A DNA stretch of 64,000 bases from Candidatus Omnitrophota bacterium (GCA_018825985.1 JAHKAP010000024.1:3095-67094), one strand, 5' to 3'; numbered from the stretch's first letter, positions 28,166-38,746 are shown. Notes: generated from the letters alone by a model not told the origin. Numbers and translations: made by a program.

Positions 28166-29519
28166 GCGGCTTTTGCTGGATATTAATATAATCGGAGAAC
28201 CCGATCTTCTCGCCCATTTCCTCCTTCACCACCCTGATCCTATCCGGAACATAAGGGTGGGTCTTAAGATAATTTTTCGGACGCAGGGGTTTTCTACGGT
28301 TAATATCTTCCAACTTCTCTAAAAAATTAATCATTGCCTTTGGCGAATATCCGGCTAATTTAACGTAACGGGCAGCCAACTGATCAGCTAGCAATTCATC
28401 CTCCCGGCTAAAACCCAAAAGAAGTTCAGTAACAGCCATATCAGCCGCTGTTCCGACCTTGCCTGCGTCATTTAAAGGTACAGTCAATAACCTTAAAAAA
28501 CTATAGCTAATCACTCCCTGAAGTTTTTTTATGCTGTGGCGGGCCACGATATGGCCGACTTCATGAGCTAAAACCGCAGCCAGCTCATCATCACTGCTAA
28601 CCTTATCCACCAGGCCTTTATTTACATAAACAAAACCCCCGGGTAAAGAAAGAGCATTTACTTCTTCATCATCCAAAACTTTAAAATGATAATCAATATC
28701 CTTACGATCAGAAACGGCAACAACCTTCTTACCGATATCCTCTACCCGTTTCTGCAACAATGGATCATCGGCAAGTTTAAGTTCTTCTTCTAAAGACCTG
28801 GATATGGATTGGCCCATCTGCACCTCTTTATCGGTGCTATAATAGAACGACTCTTGCTTACCGGTAGCTATATTATATTCGGTAGAACAGCCAGATAGAA
28901 GAATAGTAGATAGCAGGCAGTAGATAGCAGGCAGGAAAAATAAAAACAGCTTAATATTTAGCTGTTTAAAAATAATATAAAGTTTTCTTAAAGGCAAACC
29001 CACGACATTATAGAAACACCCCTCTATTCTGCGAATAAATAAAGCCCCTCTACCCTGGATATCAAAACTCCCGGCTTTATCTAAAGGAGAAACCCGGGAA
29101 AAATAAGCATTAATTTCTTCATCGGTTAATTTATCCAGAAAAACCTTAGTTTTCTCATAAGAAACATTTTTGATATTCCTATCCTTATCGATCACAGCCA
29201 GGCCGGTATAAACCCACTGTGGCTTATCAGCCAGCCTCTTCAGCATCCTACGGGCATCATCTAAATCCCTGGGCTTACCGCAGACCCGGTTATTCTCAAC
29301 TACAATAGTATCGGCCCCAATAATAACCCCGCTTTTTACTCTGCGGGATGCCTCCAATGCTTTATTCAGGGCGTTAGCCTGGACTAATTCAGGATATGTT
29401 TTAACCGGGCTCTTTCTTATTTCTTTGACATTAGTCCGGATAACCTTAAACTTAAGCCCGATAGATTCCAATAATTTTTTCCGGGCCTTTGAGCCCGACG
29501 CCAAATATATAGTTCTCAT
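28155..29519 (-). CDS. Fusion of Maf nucleotide pyrophosphatase and M48 (BepA-like) metalloprotease
   Basis: Maf: LASGS, GADTIV, DKAGSF, YNVVGLP; then hydrophobic segment LLSGC; M48: NALSLPGG, HEVGH, SREDELLAD, THP; start placed at MRTIYL. Confidence 0.85.
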   Translation of the reverse strand: MRTIYLASGSKARKKLLESIGLKFKVIRTNVKEIRKSPVKTYPELVQANALNKALEASRRVKSGVIIGADTIVVENNRVCGKPRDLDDARRMLKRLADKPQWVYTGLAVIDKDRNIKNVSYEKTKVFLDKLTDEEINAYFSRVSPLDKAGSFDIQGRGALFIRRIEGCFYNVVGLPLRKLYIIFKQLNIKLFLFFLPAIYCLLSTILLSGCSTEYNIATGKQESFYYSTDKEVQMGQSISRSLEEELKLADDPLLQKRVEDIGKKVVAVSDRKDIDYHFKVLDDEEVNALSLPGGFVYVNKGLVDKVSSDDELAAVLAHEVGHIVARHSIKKLQGVISYSFLRLLTVPLNDAGKVGTAADMAVTELLLGFSREDELLADQLAARYVKLAGYSPKAMINFLEKLEDINRRKPLRPKNYLKTHPYVPDRIRVVKEEMGEKIGFSDYINIQQKPHGQ

Positions 29520-29537
29520 ATTAAATAATCTAGGCAC

Positions 29538-29599
29538 AGGTAAAGGAAAAGGTAAAGAAAAACTCTTTCCCTTCTCTACCTCTACCTATACCTTTACCT
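29538..29599. repeat. Inverted hexamer-period (GGTAAA/GGTAGA/GGTATA) repeat
   Basis: aggtaaaggaaaaggtaaag ... ctctacctctacctatacctttacct; related copy at 49117-49192. Confidence 0.65.
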
Positions 29600-29613
29600 T
29601 CTAGTTTTTTAAG

Positions 29614-30855
29614 CTAGCTGCTTGCGGCGTTTTCGCCGGCAAGATACCCGGTTGAAAACGCAGCCTGCAGATTAAATCCTCCGGTATCCGCGTCAATATC
29701 TATTATTTCGCCGGCAAAATACAAACCCCTTATCAGGCGAGATTCCATAGTCTTAGGGTTAATATCCTTTAAGGAAACTCCTCCCCGGGTAACCATAGCC
29801 TCTTCAATCGGCCGGGTAGATTTAATATCCAAACGCAAGTTTTTAAACAAATGGGCCATTCTCTGGCGTTCGGATTGGGTAACCTGATTAGCTTTTTTTT
29901 CTGCGTTGATCCCTGTCAGCTTAATAAACAGGGCAATCAATTTTAAAGGCAAAAGCTCCTTCAGGGTATTTTTAAGGTTTTTTCTAGGGTAAATTTTAAA
30001 CTCTCTTATCAATCGGCTTTCCAGCTTCTCAGGGGTTAAACCCGGCTTTAAATCTATCTCTGCATAAACCTCATCAGCTGCGGACAATAGATCCGCTACT
30101 TTACCGCTTAAAGATAAAACCAAAGGCCCGGAAATCCCGAAACCGGTAAACAACAGTTCTCCTACTTCGGAGACAATTTCTTTTTTACCGGATCGGAATT
30201 TCAGGCGGATATTCTTAAGGGTCAAACCTTCCAGGTCTTTCGGATATTCCTGTTTAACTTCCAGCCCAACAAGCCCAGGTTTTAAATCCACTATTCTATG
30301 CCCAAATAGTTTAGCCATCGCCAGGCCTTCCCCGCTAGAACCGGTGAAACCATAGGATACTCCTCCGGTAGTCAGGATCACGCTATCCGCAGATATCGAA
30401 ACCTGATCAGATAAAATTACCGCCTTGACTAACTTATCTTTTACTAAGATCTCTTTTACCGGGTTACGGGTAATAACCCTGACCTTATTTTTCTGCAATT
30501 CCGCTTTTAACACTTCCAGGATGCTGGATGAATTATCGGTTACCGGGAAAACCCTCTCCTGCCGTTCGACTTTCAGGCGCAGGCCCCTATTCTCAAAAAA
30601 ATCCATTAAATCCCGATTAAAGAATTTATTAAAAGCGTCGCGCAGAAATTGGCCGTTATTGAACCTTTCCAGAAACAAATCCAATTCACAGGCATTGGTA
30701 AGATTACAGCGGCCTTTGCCGCTTAAGAGAAGTTTATTTCCTAAGGAAGGTTTTTTCTCAATAAGAATCACATCACTGGAGATTTGCGCGGCCCGGATAG
30801 CCGCCATCATACCGGCAGGACCGGCTCCCACAACCACTACAGTAATTTTACGCAC
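29614..30855 (-). CDS. HI0933/BaiN/YhiN (RdsA-like) flavoprotein
   Basis: GAGPAG, SGKGRCNLTN, ELLFT..GISGP, TGGFNLQAAFSTG. Confidence 0.9.
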   Translation of the reverse strand: MRKITVVVVGAGPAGMMAAIRAAQISSDVILIEKKPSLGNKLLLSGKGRCNLTNACELDLFLERFNNGQFLRDAFNKFFNRDLMDFFENRGLRLKVERQERVFPVTDNSSSILEVLKAELQKNKVRVITRNPVKEILVKDKLVKAVILSDQVSISADSVILTTGGVSYGFTGSSGEGLAMAKLFGHRIVDLKPGLVGLEVKQEYPKDLEGLTLKNIRLKFRSGKKEIVSEVGELLFTGFGISGPLVLSLSGKVADLLSAADEVYAEIDLKPGLTPEKLESRLIREFKIYPRKNLKNTLKELLPLKLIALFIKLTGINAEKKANQVTQSERQRMAHLFKNLRLDIKSTRPIEEAMVTRGGVSLKDINPKTMESRLIRGLYFAGEIIDIDADTGGFNLQAAFSTGYLAGENAASS

Positions 30856-30861
30856 AGGATA

Positions 30862-31422
30862 TTAGGTATTTAATTCTTCTATTCTATAGATAGAGTTTAA
30901 TCTCAGGCCCACTTTACCCAGATTAAGAGCCGCGCCTTCACCCCTATCAACTATGACAATAGCTTCCTCGGCAATTACCCCTATCTTATCCAGGGCTTCT
31001 TTGGCTTCGACGATAGATTTTCCGGTAGTAGCCACATCATCAACAATAATCACCCGGCAACCCTTCTTTAAGGCCGGGCCCTCGATTTGCCTGTGCATAC
31101 CGTGTTCCTTAACGGCCTTTCTCACTATAAACGTCTTTATGGGTATTTTATTGATATGGCTCAAGGCCCCAATCGCGCCAACTATAGGATCAGCCCCTAA
31201 AGTAGGCCCTCCGATAGCCTGGACATCCTTTTCCTTTATCAGATTCAGGATTATGCTAGCAACCAGATACGCGCCTTCCGGGGTTAGAGTAATTACTCTG
31301 CCATCCAGGTAATAACTGCTGGTTTTACCGGATGAAAGGATAAAATTCCCTTTTTTAAAAGCCTCTTTCTTTAAAAGGACCAACAACTTTTGCTTCAATT
31401 CTTTAAGCTCAATATTCTCCAT
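30862..31422 (-). CDS. pyrE: Orotate phosphoribosyltransferase
   Basis: LSSGKTSSYYLD, VRK..KEHG, VDDVATTG. Confidence 0.95.
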   Translation of the reverse strand: MENIELKELKQKLLVLLKKEAFKKGNFILSSGKTSSYYLDGRVITLTPEGAYLVASIILNLIKEKDVQAIGGPTLGADPIVGAIGALSHINKIPIKTFIVRKAVKEHGMHRQIEGPALKKGCRVIIVDDVATTGKSIVEAKEALDKIGVIAEEAIVIVDRGEGAALNLGKVGLRLNSIYRIEELNT

Positions 31423-31431
31423 AATTTTATT

Positions 31432-31460
31432 ATTTTACTATCCCTAAGAATGACTGTCAA
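31432..31460 (-). promoter_or_regulatory. Sigma70 promoter of pyrE (near-leaderless)
   Basis: TTGACA-17 nt-TAAAAT, 9 nt before the ATG. Confidence 0.7.
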
Positions 31461-31491
31461 TATAAGCTTTATCCTACCTAAGAAATGGAAA

Positions 31492-31561
31492 TGGGGTCAG
31501 AAATGGGGTCAGAATTATTTTTTCTTATTCTACTTGCTGGTAAAAAATAATTCTGACCCCA
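31492..31561. repeat. TGGGGTCAGAA REP-like inverted repeat
   Basis: tggggtcagaa twice, then tggggtcagaattatttt pairing with aaaataattctgacccca. Confidence 0.75.
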
Positions 31562-31570
31562 TTTCTTCTT

Positions 31571-31599
31571 TTGACAATTTTGGATTTCATTGATATTAT
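31571..31599 (+). promoter_or_regulatory. Sigma70 promoter of comF (leaderless)
   Basis: TTGACA-17 nt-TATTAT with extended TG, 7 nt before ATG 31607. Confidence 0.65.
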
Positions 31600-31606
31600 A
31601 AAGGGT

Positions 31607-32323
31607 ATGCTCAAAGAGTTCTTCCGTGGTTTAACGGATATGTTGTTCCCTAAAACCTGTTTGAGCTGCAAAACCAGGCTCATAACAGAGGCGCTCATCT
31701 GCCCTGATTGCAAAAACAAGATCAAAATAAATATACCGCCGTTTTGCATCCGTTGCGGAAAGCACCTGGAAAATAAAAATCTGAATAAAAACGTATGCCC
31801 GGCCTGCCGGAAAACACCTTTATATTTTGACCGGGCTTTTTCCCCTTGTATTTACGAAGGGGTAATCCAAAAGTTGATCCACCAATTTAAATATGGGAAT
31901 AAACGTTCCTTAAGCCCGGTTTTAGCCGGATTAATGAACGAGTTTATCCGGGAATACGGCATCTATCTGGATTTTATCGACTGGATAATACCTATACCGC
32001 TAAGCTCAGCAAGAATGCGGGAGAGAGAATATAACCAGTCCGAGCTTTTAAGCCGGCATATTGCGCAGGAGATTCAAAAAAAAGTTTCGCAAGATATACT
32101 TATCCGCAGCCGCAATACCTTGACCCAGACCGGGCTTAAGCACAGCCAGCGCCGGGAAAATGTGAAAGGGAGTTTTAAGGTAAGAGATTGCAAGCCTATA
32201 AAAGGCAGGAACCTTCTCTTAATTGACGACGTTCTGACCACCGGAGCTACTGCTTCTGAAGCTGCCTATACTTTGAAAAACGCGGGAGCAAATGTAGTAT
32301 TTGTCTTAACCCTGGCAAATTAA
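31607..32323 (+). CDS. comF: ComF family protein (double zinc ribbon plus PRTase)
   Basis: Four CxxC pairs, REYNQS, LLIDDVLTTGAT; start placed at MLKEFF. Confidence 0.9.
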   Translation: MLKEFFRGLTDMLFPKTCLSCKTRLITEALICPDCKNKIKINIPPFCIRCGKHLENKNLNKNVCPACRKTPLYFDRAFSPCIYEGVIQKLIHQFKYGNKRSLSPVLAGLMNEFIREYGIYLDFIDWIIPIPLSSARMREREYNQSELLSRHIAQEIQKKVSQDILIRSRNTLTQTGLKHSQRRENVKGSFKVRDCKPIKGRNLLLIDDVLTTGATASEAAYTLKNAGANVVFVLTLAN

Positions 32324-32327
32324 ACCT

Positions 32328-33425
32328 ATGAAAATACTAAGAGAATATTTTCTTAAAGAATATTTAGGGCCATTAGTAGCCGCGCTGCTGGTCCTGACCT
32401 TTGTGATGATCCTGGGCAATCTAGTCAAGATCGCTGAATTGGTCATTAATAAAGGCGTGGACATCTATACCGTGATGAAACTATTCTTATTTATGGTGCC
32501 GGCATTGCTTACTTATACTCTGCCGATTGCCACACTGGTAGCGGTATTATTATCCTTGGGAAGATTGTCCAGCGATAATGAAATAGTAACCATTAAGGCC
32601 AGCGGCATAAATCTTTTAACCCTGATAATCCCGCTTTTGATCATCAGCCTTATCCTGAGCTTGATCCTGGTGGTATTCAATGACCGGGTCATACCCTATG
32701 CCCATTTTGCCACCCGTAAGACTTTAGTAGAGGTGGGAATCAAAAATCCCACTGCTGCCCTGGAGCCGGGGGTATTTATTAATTCTTTCGAAAAATACAT
32801 CCTGTTTATTTATTCCATTGAACAGAATAAGCTCCATAACGTGCGGATCTATGAACCGCAGGGAGAAGACAAGCCTACCCGGATCATCGTGGCCAAAAAA
32901 GGGGAATTTATCGCCATGCCGGAAAAAAACATCCTAAAACTAAAACTGATGGATGGGACGTCCGATGAACCCGACCCGAATAATCCCAGTAATTTCTACA
33001 AACTTAATTTTAAGACCTATTTTATGTCCTTAAATTTGTCCCAAATGCAGGATAAAAATAAAGTAGCGAAAAAGGCCAAAGATATGACCATAAATGAATT
33101 AGAGATTGAAACTGCCAGGCTTAAAAAAGATGGCATCGATCCCACCCCTCTTACGGTAGAGATCCATAAAAAATTATCCCTGGCTTTCTCCTGCTTTGTG
33201 TTTATTTTAGTCGGAATACCGCTGGCCATTATCACCCGCCGGAGGGAGAAATCGCTTAATTTCGGAATAGCCTTTCTTATTGTAGGTATATATTATTTAC
33301 TCTTAATCAGCGCTGAAGCCTTAAGCCTCAGGGGCGTGCTTAACCCGGGCCTGGCCATGTGGCTGCCTGACATAATATTCGGCTTAATCGGATCAATACT
33401 GACATTTAGAATATGCGCATTTTAG
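32328..33425 (+). CDS. lptF: LPS export permease LptF
   Basis: YjgP/YjgQ family; GRLSSDNEIVTIKASG. Confidence 0.85.
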   Translation: MKILREYFLKEYLGPLVAALLVLTFVMILGNLVKIAELVINKGVDIYTVMKLFLFMVPALLTYTLPIATLVAVLLSLGRLSSDNEIVTIKASGINLLTLIIPLLIISLILSLILVVFNDRVIPYAHFATRKTLVEVGIKNPTAALEPGVFINSFEKYILFIYSIEQNKLHNVRIYEPQGEDKPTRIIVAKKGEFIAMPEKNILKLKLMDGTSDEPDPNNPSNFYKLNFKTYFMSLNLSQMQDKNKVAKKAKDMTINELEIETARLKKDGIDPTPLTVEIHKKLSLAFSCFVFILVGIPLAIITRRREKSLNFGIAFLIVGIYYLLLISAEALSLRGVLNPGLAMWLPDIIFGLIGSILTFRICAF

Positions 33426-34507
33426 ACCGCTATATCCTAAAATCGACCTTAGGCTTATTTTTAGGCTGCCTTTTTACTTTTTTCTCGCTTTACATAGTCA
33501 TCGATATATTATCTCATCTTGAACCAATCTTAGAAAACCATATTAAGCCTGGCATCCTCATCCAATATTACAGCTCTTACCTGCCGATCATATTCGTTCA
33601 GGTAGCCCCAATCGCCTGCCTTCTGGCAACCTTATATACCTTTGCCAAGCTGAATAAGGATAATGAAATCATCGCGATGAGAGCTTCGGGTTTAAGCATC
33701 TTCCAGATCACTAAAACCGTTATCATACTGGGAATGATCGTCAGCCTTGCAATATTTTGGGCCAATGATAAGTTTGTCCCTTCCGCTTTAGTCCTGACCC
33801 AAAAGATAAAAAGCCAAATCGAAGAAGGAATCAAGACCAAACATAAACCTAATACCATTATCAATGTTTCGATGTACGGCACTGGTAACCGGCTCTTTTT
33901 TGTAAACAAATTCTTAACTGATAAAAATATCATGGAAGGGATAATAATCCTAGAGCACGACGAAAAACAGAATATCAGGAAAAAAATCGTATCCAGTAAA
34001 GCGGCATATGCCGACGGAATATGGACGTTTTATAACGCCATCACCTATAATTTTGATGAAAACGGCCAGATCATAGACGAGCCTCAATATATGGAAGATG
34101 AAATAATACCCATAACCGAATCGCCCAGGGATTTCCTGAACCAAAGGCAGAGTCCGGAATATATGAACATTTCTCAATTAGAACAATATATCTGGAGGCT
34201 GACAAAAAGCGGAGCCAGCACAGTGATCAGGAACTTAAAAGTCGACTTATATAGAAGGTTTACCGACCCATTAAGCGGAGTAATTATAATATTCTTAGGG
34301 ATCCCATTCGCTTTAAAAATGCGCAAGCGGGCCACTGGATTATCTTCTTTGGGAGTTTCACTTATGGTAGGATTTTTATATCACGTCGCAAGCGCGATAA
34401 GCCTGGCCCTAGGAAAAGCCGGGATACTGCCTCCGATCTTAGCGGCATCCTTAAGCCACATCATTACTTTTTCCCTCAGCCTCTATTTAATAATGTCGCT
34501 TCCTTAA
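33413..34507 (+). CDS. lptG: LPS export permease LptG
   Basis: MRILDRYI, NEIIAMRASG; tandem with lptF. Confidence 0.85.
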   Translation: MRILDRYILKSTLGLFLGCLFTFFSLYIVIDILSHLEPILENHIKPGILIQYYSSYLPIIFVQVAPIACLLATLYTFAKLNKDNEIIAMRASGLSIFQITKTVIILGMIVSLAIFWANDKFVPSALVLTQKIKSQIEEGIKTKHKPNTIINVSMYGTGNRLFFVNKFLTDKNIMEGIIILEHDEKQNIRKKIVSSKAAYADGIWTFYNAITYNFDENGQIIDEPQYMEDEIIPITESPRDFLNQRQSPEYMNISQLEQYIWRLTKSGASTVIRNLKVDLYRRFTDPLSGVIIIFLGIPFALKMRKRATGLSSLGVSLMVGFLYHVASAISLALGKAGILPPILAASLSHIITFSLSLYLIMSLP

Positions 34508-35652
34508 TCAAGATAAACCCGGGGTATCCTGCTGCCTAATCCGCAGGCGATTTCATAAGATATGGTTTCGGAAAGCCTGGCTAATTCTTCGGCTGTAATC
34601 TTAAATTTAGCCTGAGAACCGATAAGCACTGCCTCATCTCCCACTTTTATCTTATGATCTCCGACATCAACCATCATCTGGTCCATACAGACCCGGCCGC
34701 TGACCTTAAAACGCTCACCCTTGATCAATACCGGAGCTTTGTTGGATAGATTACGGGGATAGCCGTCGCCATAACCTATAGGCAAAGTTACGATAGTTGA
34801 TTCTTTTTTAGTAACATAGGTATGGCCGTAACTTATGCCATAACCTTTAGGCACTCTCTTAACATAGATTACCCTGGTTTTCAAACTTAATACCGGCTTT
34901 AACTTGATCTCTTCCCGCATATTGCGGGATCCCGCTTTGGCGGGAAAATTATACTCGGGATAAAGCCCGTAAAGCACCAGTCCCGGCCGAACCATATTAA
35001 AATGGCTATCCTGATAACCCACGACTCCCATGCTATTGGCAATATGAACTATCGCTATATTGGTCCCTTCCTTTTCTAGATCTGAAAGAAAAAGATCCAG
35101 CATCCGGATCTGCTTACGGGTAAAATCATCATCCACGTCAGCTAAAGGGAAATGGGTGAATATCCCCTGGATCCGGATATATTTAAGTCTCTGAACCCTG
35201 CGGATAAAATTGAACGCCTGGTCATATAATACGCCAACCCTGCCCATGCCGGTATCAAGTTTAATATGCACAGGGATAGAGATTTTTTTAGAACAAGCTC
35301 TCTTATTCAAAACCCTGGCTAGTTCATCAACGCAAACAGTAGGAGTTATCCGGTATTTAAACAAAGGTTCGATATCTTCTTTGAGTATTAAACCTAATAT
35401 CAATATTTGCGATTTTAAACCGGCTTTTCTTAAAGCTATCCCTTCATCAATAGAAGCTACTCCCAGACAATCCACGCCCAAAGATTCCAGTTTTTTAGAT
35501 ACAGGGATAATCCCATGGCCATAGGCATCCGCTTTCACACAAGCCATAACTTTAGTATCAGAAGATAAGAGGCTTTTTATCTTCTTAAAATTATAGCTGA
35601 GATTACTCAAGTTGACTTCGGCCCAGGTTGGCCGGTATCCTATTTTACTCAT
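34504..35652 (-). CDS. alr: Alanine racemase
   Basis: VKADAYGHG, LDTGMGRVG, GYGDGY, GRVCMDQ; short palindrome-derived insertion PAKAGSRNMRE. Confidence 0.96.
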   Translation of the reverse strand: MSKIGYRPTWAEVNLSNLSYNFKKIKSLLSSDTKVMACVKADAYGHGIIPVSKKLESLGVDCLGVASIDEGIALRKAGLKSQILILGLILKEDIEPLFKYRITPTVCVDELARVLNKRACSKKISIPVHIKLDTGMGRVGVLYDQAFNFIRRVQRLKYIRIQGIFTHFPLADVDDDFTRKQIRMLDLFLSDLEKEGTNIAIVHIANSMGVVGYQDSHFNMVRPGLVLYGLYPEYNFPAKAGSRNMREEIKLKPVLSLKTRVIYVKRVPKGYGISYGHTYVTKKESTIVTLPIGYGDGYPRNLSNKAPVLIKGERFKVSGRVCMDQMMVDVGDHKIKVGDEAVLIGSQAKFKITAEELARLSETISYEIACGLGSRIPRVYLD

Positions 35653-36344
35653 TTTCTCACCTGGCAATCCTTAGGGTAAAGGTAGATCGGCTCAATCCTA
35701 AAAACATTATCAAATTTTTTATCTTTAATCCTATCCAGGGCCAGGCTCAAAATGTTTCCCGGCCTGGGGTACCAACGATCCTTATCCAGGATCATAACTT
35801 TCTTCAGGCCTGGATAGGTTTTATCTTTGATCAAATCTAAACCATCGCCAAATATCTGTATATTATTATATTTCTTGCTGGAAATAATTTTTTTTGCTTT
35901 GCTCAAAAAAGCTCCGGGAGTCAAAAGCGAATCAGGCATTAATTTCTTAAGCTCCCCCATTTGAAATCGATACAACGCCCCATACACCAATCCCCGTTTA
36001 GCGTCAACAATAGGCATAACTATATCGCCAGGCGTATTCGCGCCCTGGGCTAAAATATCCAGTGTAGGTATACCGATAATTGATTTGCGAGATGACCAGG
36101 CCAAACCCTTCATGGTAGCTAAACCTATGCGCAACCCGGTAAACGATCCCGGGCCTAAACCGCAGGCAAAATAATTGATATCCTTAACCTTCCATCCCAA
36201 AGTATTTAAAACCCTCTGGATAGTCGAGGCCAGAATTGCCGATAATCTTATTCCTAATTCAAGCTTATATTCATAAAATTTACCGTTATCATAAAGGCCT
36301 AAGCCTAAGTATTTAGTTGAAGTGTCAATGCCTAATATTTTCAT
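35649..36344 (-). CDS. tsaB: tRNA t6A biosynthesis protein TsaB
   Basis: MKILGIDTS, GPGSFTGLRIG, DAKRG. Confidence 0.95.
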   Translation of the reverse strand: MKILGIDTSTKYLGLGLYDNGKFYEYKLELGIRLSAILASTIQRVLNTLGWKVKDINYFACGLGPGSFTGLRIGLATMKGLAWSSRKSIIGIPTLDILAQGANTPGDIVMPIVDAKRGLVYGALYRFQMGELKKLMPDSLLTPGAFLSKAKKIISSKKYNNIQIFGDGLDLIKDKTYPGLKKVMILDKDRWYPRPGNILSLALDRIKDKKFDNVFRIEPIYLYPKDCQVRK

Positions 36345-36798
36345 CGATTTTCTCCAGTATTTCCTTATAATGTCTGCCAACGGGTTTAAATTTAAATACC
36401 CTCGCGCCGTCTTTTCGAATTTGTATATCTACCTTTAGATATTCTAAAGGCATAAGCTGTTTTAATTTGTCCGCCCATTCCACTATACTTACACCCTGGT
36501 CATAAAAATATTCCTCATAGCCCAGCCTGATTATATCATCAACTTCATTTAAACGATAGAGGTCAAAATGATAAATTGGAAATTTAGCTTCATACTCGCG
36601 GATCAAGACAAAGGTCGGACTGATAACTTCTTCTTTCTTAGCTCCCAAGCCTATAGCGATTCCCTTGGTTAAAACGGTCTTTCCTGAACCCAATTCACCG
36701 ACCAGACAGATAATATCGCCTTTATTTACTTGTCTGGCAAGGGCCATACCGATCGCTAATGTATCTTTTACTGAAAAAGATGTAATTTTTATCATCAA
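36325..36798 (-). CDS. tsaE: tRNA t6A biosynthesis ATPase TsaE
   Basis: GELGSGKT, SPTF, HFDLYRL, VEWA. Confidence 0.96.
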   Translation of the reverse strand: MMIKITSFSVKDTLAIGMALARQVNKGDIICLVGELGSGKTVLTKGIAIGLGAKKEEVISPTFVLIREYEAKFPIYHFDLYRLNEVDDIIRLGYEEYFYDQGVSIVEWADKLKQLMPLEYLKVDIQIRKDGARVFKFKPVGRHYKEILEKIDENIRH

Positions 36799-37694
36799 AA
36801 GTGTGTATAACCCTTAACTTTAATTTTCCTTGGATTTCCCAACCTATCTATAAGGACTAGTCCTTCTTTTTTACCTGTAATATGGCCTATAGGAAAGAAG
36901 CTATCGTTTACTGACAAAAGCCTCCGGGCTTCTTTTATAGACAAGGTAAAAAGCAGCTCAAAATCCTCACCGCTGGTAAGCGCGTCTTCTAATCCTGAGC
37001 AATCCCTGGATAAAGGGATCAGGTCCTGATAAATAACTGCCCCTTTATCGCTTTCTTCCAGGACATGACTTAGGTCCAGGGTTAAACCATCGGAGATATC
37101 AATCATAGAATTAAGCTTAAAACTATTTACCAAAAACCTGGCTTCTTTTATCCTGGGAGAGAATCTAAGATGCCTGCCCTTGATTGAACCGCCTAAGGCA
37201 GCGCTGACCATAATAATATCTTTTAACTTTGCCCCGCTCCTCAGGACCAAATTATTCTTTTCAACCAAACCGATCAAGCTTACATCGATAACCAGTTTTT
37301 CAGACCGGCTGATATCGCCTCCAATTATATTTAAGGAATAAACCTTAGCTAAATCTCTTATCCCTTTATATAATCCGTCTATGAATTTGATTTTTTTATT
37401 TTTGGGTATACCCAAAGAGATCAAGGCATACCGAGGCATTCCTCCGCAAGAGGCGATATCGCTCATGGACACGGCCAAGGATTTTCTGCCGATTAAATAA
37501 GGGTCTTCCTGAGATCTAAAATCTACTCCTTCAACCAGCATATCACAGGTCAAAAGCAGGTACTCGCGCTGGTTGAATTTAATCACCGCGCAATCATCCC
37601 CTATACCCTGGACCACTGAGTTATCGGTCCGGATTAACCTTTTGATCCTATGGATCAAACCAAACTCTCCAATCTTACTTAAAGATAGATTCAT
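36795..37694 (-). CDS. thiL: Thiamine-monophosphate kinase
   Basis: GEFGLI, GIGDDCA, SDIASCGG, DISDGL, GEDFELLFT. Confidence 0.95.
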   Translation of the reverse strand: MNLSLSKIGEFGLIHRIKRLIRTDNSVVQGIGDDCAVIKFNQREYLLLTCDMLVEGVDFRSQEDPYLIGRKSLAVSMSDIASCGGMPRYALISLGIPKNKKIKFIDGLYKGIRDLAKVYSLNIIGGDISRSEKLVIDVSLIGLVEKNNLVLRSGAKLKDIIMVSAALGGSIKGRHLRFSPRIKEARFLVNSFKLNSMIDISDGLTLDLSHVLEESDKGAVIYQDLIPLSRDCSGLEDALTSGEDFELLFTLSIKEARRLLSVNDSFFPIGHITGKKEGLVLIDRLGNPRKIKVKGYTHF

Positions 37695-38734
37695 TTCCCG
37701 ATAATCCTGCGGATATTCTTTTTATAATTGTGACGGATAACCCCTTTTTCGGTGATAATGGCACTGATCAGGTCATGCGGAGTAACATCAAATGCCGGAT
37801 GAAAAACCTTTACATTATTAAGCGCTATCGGTTTCTTAAAAAATAAACTGGTCATCTCCGGGCTGCCGCGTTCCTCAATCGTTATCTCTTCACCGCTTTT
37901 TATTTTCAGGTCAAAAGTTGAAACCGGCGCAGCAATATAAAAAGGTATCTTATGAAAATTACATAAAACCGCCAGGTTATAAGTTCCGATCTTATTGGCG
38001 GTATCGCCGTTAGAGGCGATCCGGTCGGCTCCGGCAATAACCCGGTCTATTTTACCTTGTTTCATTAAAGTAGCGGCCATATTATCACAGATCAAGGTAA
38101 CATCAATTCCATTGCGGCTTAATTCCCAGGTAGTCAGGCGCGCTCCCTGCAGCATCGGACGGGTTTCGCAGGCATAAACTTTATTGCTTTTACCTTCTTC
38201 TTTGCAGCGATAGATCACCCCTAATGCTGTGCCATAATCAATAGTAGCCAGGATCCCGGCATTGCAAATTGTCAGAATAGTATCATTCTTTTTAATCAAT
38301 TTAGCGCCGTAATGACCGATCCTCCGGCAAGCCGACATATCTTCTTCAATTATTTCTTTTGCCTCGGTTAAAATTATTTTTTTCAGGTCCCGGATAGGTT
38401 TTCCTTTATTTTTTAAAACGACCTTACGCGCTCTTTCCAATCCCCAAAACAGATTTCTGGCAGTAGGCCGGGCAGCAGCTAAATATTTAATTACCTTATC
38501 TAATTCTTCTTTAAACTGCCGAAAATTTTTCGCCTTAGAATCCTTAATTCCAAGATAAACTCCCAGGCCGGCCGCAGCCCCTAAAGCCGGAGCCCCCCTG
38601 GTCTTCATCATCCTTATAGCCTGGCGCAGGAGAACGATATTTTTAATGTAAATATACTTTAATGTTCCGGGGAGCTTAGTCTGATCGATCAATTTGATCG
38701 CGCCTTTTGACCACTCAATAGTTTTAATACCCAT
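37691..38734 (-). CDS. mtnA: Methylthioribose-1-phosphate isomerase
   Basis: DQTKLP, RGAPA, RPTA, ETRPMLQGARLT, GDTANKIGTY. Confidence 0.95.
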   Translation of the reverse strand: MGIKTIEWSKGAIKLIDQTKLPGTLKYIYIKNIVLLRQAIRMMKTRGAPALGAAAGLGVYLGIKDSKAKNFRQFKEELDKVIKYLAAARPTARNLFWGLERARKVVLKNKGKPIRDLKKIILTEAKEIIEEDMSACRRIGHYGAKLIKKNDTILTICNAGILATIDYGTALGVIYRCKEEGKSNKVYACETRPMLQGARLTTWELSRNGIDVTLICDNMAATLMKQGKIDRVIAGADRIASNGDTANKIGTYNLAVLCNFHKIPFYIAAPVSTFDLKIKSGEEITIEERGSPEMTSLFFKKPIALNNVKVFHPAFDVTPHDLISAIITEKGVIRHNYKKNIRRIIGK

Positions 38735-38746
38735 TAATATATCTCC

